Virus record (IMG/VR): IMGVR_UViG_3300010398_000012 | Coordinates: 1 to 57,942 of that record | Direction: 5' to 3' (one strand) | Source of the DNA: a virus | Taxonomy: Duplodnaviria > Caudoviricetes | DNA: 57,942 nucleotides | Shown: positions 55,559 to 57,942 of the stretch, in pieces | Numbering within the stretch: position 1 is the first letter of the stretch | Layout of the letters: each line of letters begins with the position of its first letter | Position numbers and translations under genes: made by a program | The notes under the pieces: generated by a model | The model's input: the letters and a program-made list of their open reading frames with translations, nothing else | What the model was told of the DNA's origin: nothing | The model's database searches: none

Positions 55559-55765
55559 ATGACCGGTGCCGGGCTGCACCAGCCCTGGGGGCTCGCCTGG
55601 GACCCGGACCGCGAGCACCCCGAACGCACCAGCTACGAACGCGGCCAGGACACCGCCAGCGCCTACAACCGGGCCCGGTACGAACGCCAGCAGGCCCAGG
55701 CGGGTGCCCCGCCGCCGCGCCGGCGCAAGGCCCGGCCGCCCACCATCGGCGGCCCCTCACGCTGA
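55559..55765 (+). CDS. Hypothetical protein
   Basis: Follows the peptide gene; G/C-ending codons; ends before a long hairpin. Confidence 0.5.
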   Translation: MTGAGLHQPWGLAWDPDREHPERTSYERGQDTASAYNRARYERQQAQAGAPPPRRRKARPPTIGGPSR

Positions 55766-55792
55766 CCCCGTCAACCCCGGGTACACGCGCAC

Positions 55793-55865
55793 ACGGCCCC
55801 TCCGGGCCCGCAACCCCGCACCCCAAGCTGTACACGGGTGTGGGGCCACGGCCCGGAGGGGCCGT
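55793..55865. terminator. Long hairpin between convergent genes
   Basis: ACGGCCCCTCCGGGCC ... GGCCCGGAGGGGCCGT 16-bp arms plus an inner stem. Confidence 0.6.
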
Positions 55866-55884
55866 TCTAGCGCGTCCGGGGGCC

Positions 55885-56172
55885 CTAGCCGCCGTCGTGG
55901 TGGCGCGGGTCCTGTCCTGGCTCGGGGCCGGGCTGGTAGCCGCCGAACGCCGGCACCGGCTGCCCCGCCCGCAACAGCCCATCCCCCGGCGTGTCGGGCA
56001 GCTCCCAGTTCCGCAGCACGAACGCCGCCGACGCCAGCCCCGCCGCCATGCCTTCCTGCTTGCCCCTGGCCGCGCCGTCCTTGGACCCCTTGGCCGCCTC
56101 GGTGTGCGTGGCGGCCAGCTGCTCCAGGTGCGACACCATCTCTTCCCTGGTCCCTACGAATCTCATCGCCAT
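55885..56172 (-). CDS. Hypothetical protein
   Basis: GAGAGGAG RBS before ATG 56172. Confidence 0.6.
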   Translation of the reverse strand: MAMRFVGTREEMVSHLEQLAATHTEAAKGSKDGAARGKQEGMAAGLASAAFVLRNWELPDTPGDGLLRAGQPVPAFGGYQPGPEPGQDPRHHDGG

Positions 56173-56191
56173 CTGGTTCTCCTCTCGGGTG

Positions 56192-56479
56192 CTACTTGCA
56201 GAGCGGGTCAGCGACCAGGGCCACCGCCGCCCGGTTGCCGTCGCCGTGGTAGGCGGAGGCACCCAGAACGCCGGGGGCAACACACTTGACGGACATGTTG
56301 GAGAACCCGTCAGGCATGGTCACCTCCACCGCCTTGCTGTTGTTGACACTGGACACCCCAGCGTCGCGGAACGGCTCGGTTGTCTTGCCGCAGCCGGCCA
56401 GCACGGCCACGGCCACCAGGACGGCGGCTACCACCAGCCCGGCGACGGCCTGTGCGCGGCTAATCGTGATAGTGATCAA
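56192..56479 (-). CDS. Small lipoprotein
   Basis: GGGAGG RBS before TTG; hydrophobic leader plus LAGC lipobox; MPDGFSNMSVKC. Confidence 0.75.
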   Translation of the reverse strand: MITITISRAQAVAGLVVAAVLVAVAVLAGCGKTTEPFRDAGVSSVNNSKAVEVTMPDGFSNMSVKCVAPGVLGASAYHGDGNRAAVALVADPLCK

Positions 56480-56505
56480 TGTGTCCTCCCTTTCGATTGG
56501 CGGGG

Positions 56506-56823
56506 TTAGCCCCACCGCGTTTGCAGCACCAGCGTCCCCGGGTCGTCTTCCGCCTCGGCCCAGTGGCCCAGGTCACGGATCCGGCGCAGGTCGCCGCCGG
56601 TGTACGCCCACGGCAGCCCGTCCCCGGGCACCAGGCCGGCCAGCTCGGCCCAGGTGATCGCCGGCTGCTGAAACGCGGTCTGAATGACCCCGTTCTCATA
56701 GCCGGTCACCGGGATGTGATGCCCCTGGTCGGCCTTGACGTTGACCAGCGCCGTGGCCGGCACGTCGTTGTCCCGCGCCCAGGCGCGGATCTGGTCCCAG
56801 CCGATCGGCGGATGTTCGGACAT
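56506..56823 (-). CDS. Hypothetical protein (frame also open upstream to GTG 57108)
   Basis: GGAGAGGAGG RBS before ATG 56823. Confidence 0.55.
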   Translation of the reverse strand: MSEHPPIGWDQIRAWARDNDVPATALVNVKADQGHHIPVTGYENGVIQTAFQQPAITWAELAGLVPGDGLPWAYTGGDLRRIRDLGHWAEAEDDPGTLVLQTRWG

Positions 56824-57104
56824 GTCTTTCACCTCCTCTCCACGGTCGCCTGCCAGCGGCCCGTACCGGGCCAGGGTCTCGGTGATGATGCCCGGGTAGG
56901 CGCGCAGCACCGCCCCGTACCGTTCCACCACCCGTGCGGTCCGGCGCAGCGCCCAGGCCGCCTCGTGCGGGGCCAGGCCGCACACGGCGGTGAGGAACAC
57001 CAGCTCCTCGCACATGTACAGCACCTGGGCACCGGGCAGGCCCGTCTTGGTCCGGGTCCCGGCCCCGGGGGCGATCGGCGCGCGGGCCTCGGCCGCGAGC
57101 GCGG

Positions 57105-57395
57105 TCACCGTGGCCCCCGCGAATCGCTGCCCGCCGACGCGAGGATGCTGCACGACACGCAGTGGCAGGGGTGCGCGGTCCACCGGTATTCCAGCCGCAG
57201 CGGGTCCAGGGCGTTGCCGTCATCGCCGGTCAGGTACAGGTGCATGTCGTGCGGCGAGCTGCCGCCCCACGAACGCGGCCCCTCGCGCGGCGTCGGGGCG
57301 TTCAGCCACGCGGCCACGTCGTTGGGCAGGTGGTAGGTGTCGGCGTACAGCCGGGCGCCGGTGTCCTGGTGAAACACCGTTAGCGTCATCTTCAT
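57105..57395 (-). CDS. Hypothetical protein
   Basis: GGAGAGGAG RBS before ATG 57395. Confidence 0.6.
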   Translation of the reverse strand: MKMTLTVFHQDTGARLYADTYHLPNDVAAWLNAPTPREGPRSWGGSSPHDMHLYLTGDDGNALDPLRLEYRWTAHPCHCVSCSILASAGSDSRGPR

Positions 57396-57429
57396 CTGGT
57401 CACTCCTCTCCAACTTCTCACCGCCGGGG

Positions 57430-57756
57430 CTACCGCCCGGCGGCCTGTTCACCGGCCGGCAGGGCCGGCGGCTCCGGGCGCACCGTGGCCGCCAGCCGCC
57501 CCAACAGCCAGCCCATCGCGGGGTCGTCCGGGGCGGCGTCGCGCAGCTTCCGCGCCGCGCGCAGATCACAGCTCCGCCCGTCCAGGCACGCCCAGTTGGC
57601 CTCCGGGGGCCCCTCCCGGCAGTCCGGTTCCAGGATCGGCGCGGCGTACCCGGGGGCGAGCACCGTGCCGCACAGGGCACATTCGCGGGGCGGCACGCCC
57701 GCCCGGTAGGCGTCGAACATCGCCCGCAGTGAGTCGGTCAGGGCGGCGCGCATCAC
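57430..57756 (-). CDS. Cys-containing hypothetical protein
   Basis: CALCG...WACLD..SC..R; GTGA coupling. Confidence 0.6.
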   Translation of the reverse strand: MMRAALTDSLRAMFDAYRAGVPPRECALCGTVLAPGYAAPILEPDCREGPPEANWACLDGRSCDLRAARKLRDAAPDDPAMGWLLGRLAATVRPEPPALPAGEQAAGR

Positions 57757-57942
57757 GCTTCCTCCGTCCAGGCGGGCCAGCCGTCGCGGCGGGCGGCCAG
57801 AAACTGGCGGCGGCTGATCGGGATCAGGTGCGCCACGTGATGCTGCCCCAGGTCCCCGTCCGGGTCCACCTGGCTGTACCAGCGGCCGTACCGCCACCCG
57901 GCGGCGTGCGCGGACTCCAGCAGCGGCAGCGACTGCGCCGGG
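57753..57942 (-). CDS. 3' part of hypothetical phage protein (runs off window)
   Basis: Manual translation ...GWRYGRWYSQVDPDGDLGQHHVAHLIPISRRQFLAARRDGWPAWTEEA*. Confidence 0.6.
   Translation of the reverse strand, partial: PAQSLPLLESAHAAGWRYGRWYSQVDPDGDLGQHHVAHLIPISRRQFLAARRDGWPAWTEEA

Noticed and set aside
55829-55845. Fourth operator-like site TACACGGGTGT (also a weak one near 51850)
   Set aside because: Lies within a terminator-like hairpin between convergent genes and lacks a good -10 box.

Overview
Very GC-rich actinobacterial siphovirus, phage or prophage. The + strand arm (about 390-47500) carries packaging, head, head-accessory, tail and lysis genes. The - strand arm (about 47700 to the window end) is a run of small accessory genes, and the two arms meet at a 16-bp hairpin. 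No integrase, repressor or replication gene is visible. The first ~200 bp look like an internal fragment of a host Wzx-type flippase joined abruptly to the phage. Best novel candidates: (1) a cargo system between portal and prohead protease. Six copies of a short W/F/Y-x-x-x-(H/E)-(P/L/A)-R-x-x-x-G-(K/R)-(W/F)-like tag occur in three genes, each just after an Arg site resembling the predicted capsid maturation site. They head effector modules: HEXXH peptidase, ParB-like domain, membrane module, and zeta-toxin-like kinase with a probable immunity gene. (2) An unannotated 36-aa signal-peptide plus GTLMFHHG micro-gene resembling an arbitrium-type communication peptide, next to a repeated palindromic operator. 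(3) A glycosyltransferase-FkbM fusion and a second methyltransferase beside long Ala/Gly/Thr-rich fibre genes after the capsid gene. All product calls come from motif recognition by eye; no database searches were run. A few apparent single-base frameshifts suggest sequencing errors or decay.
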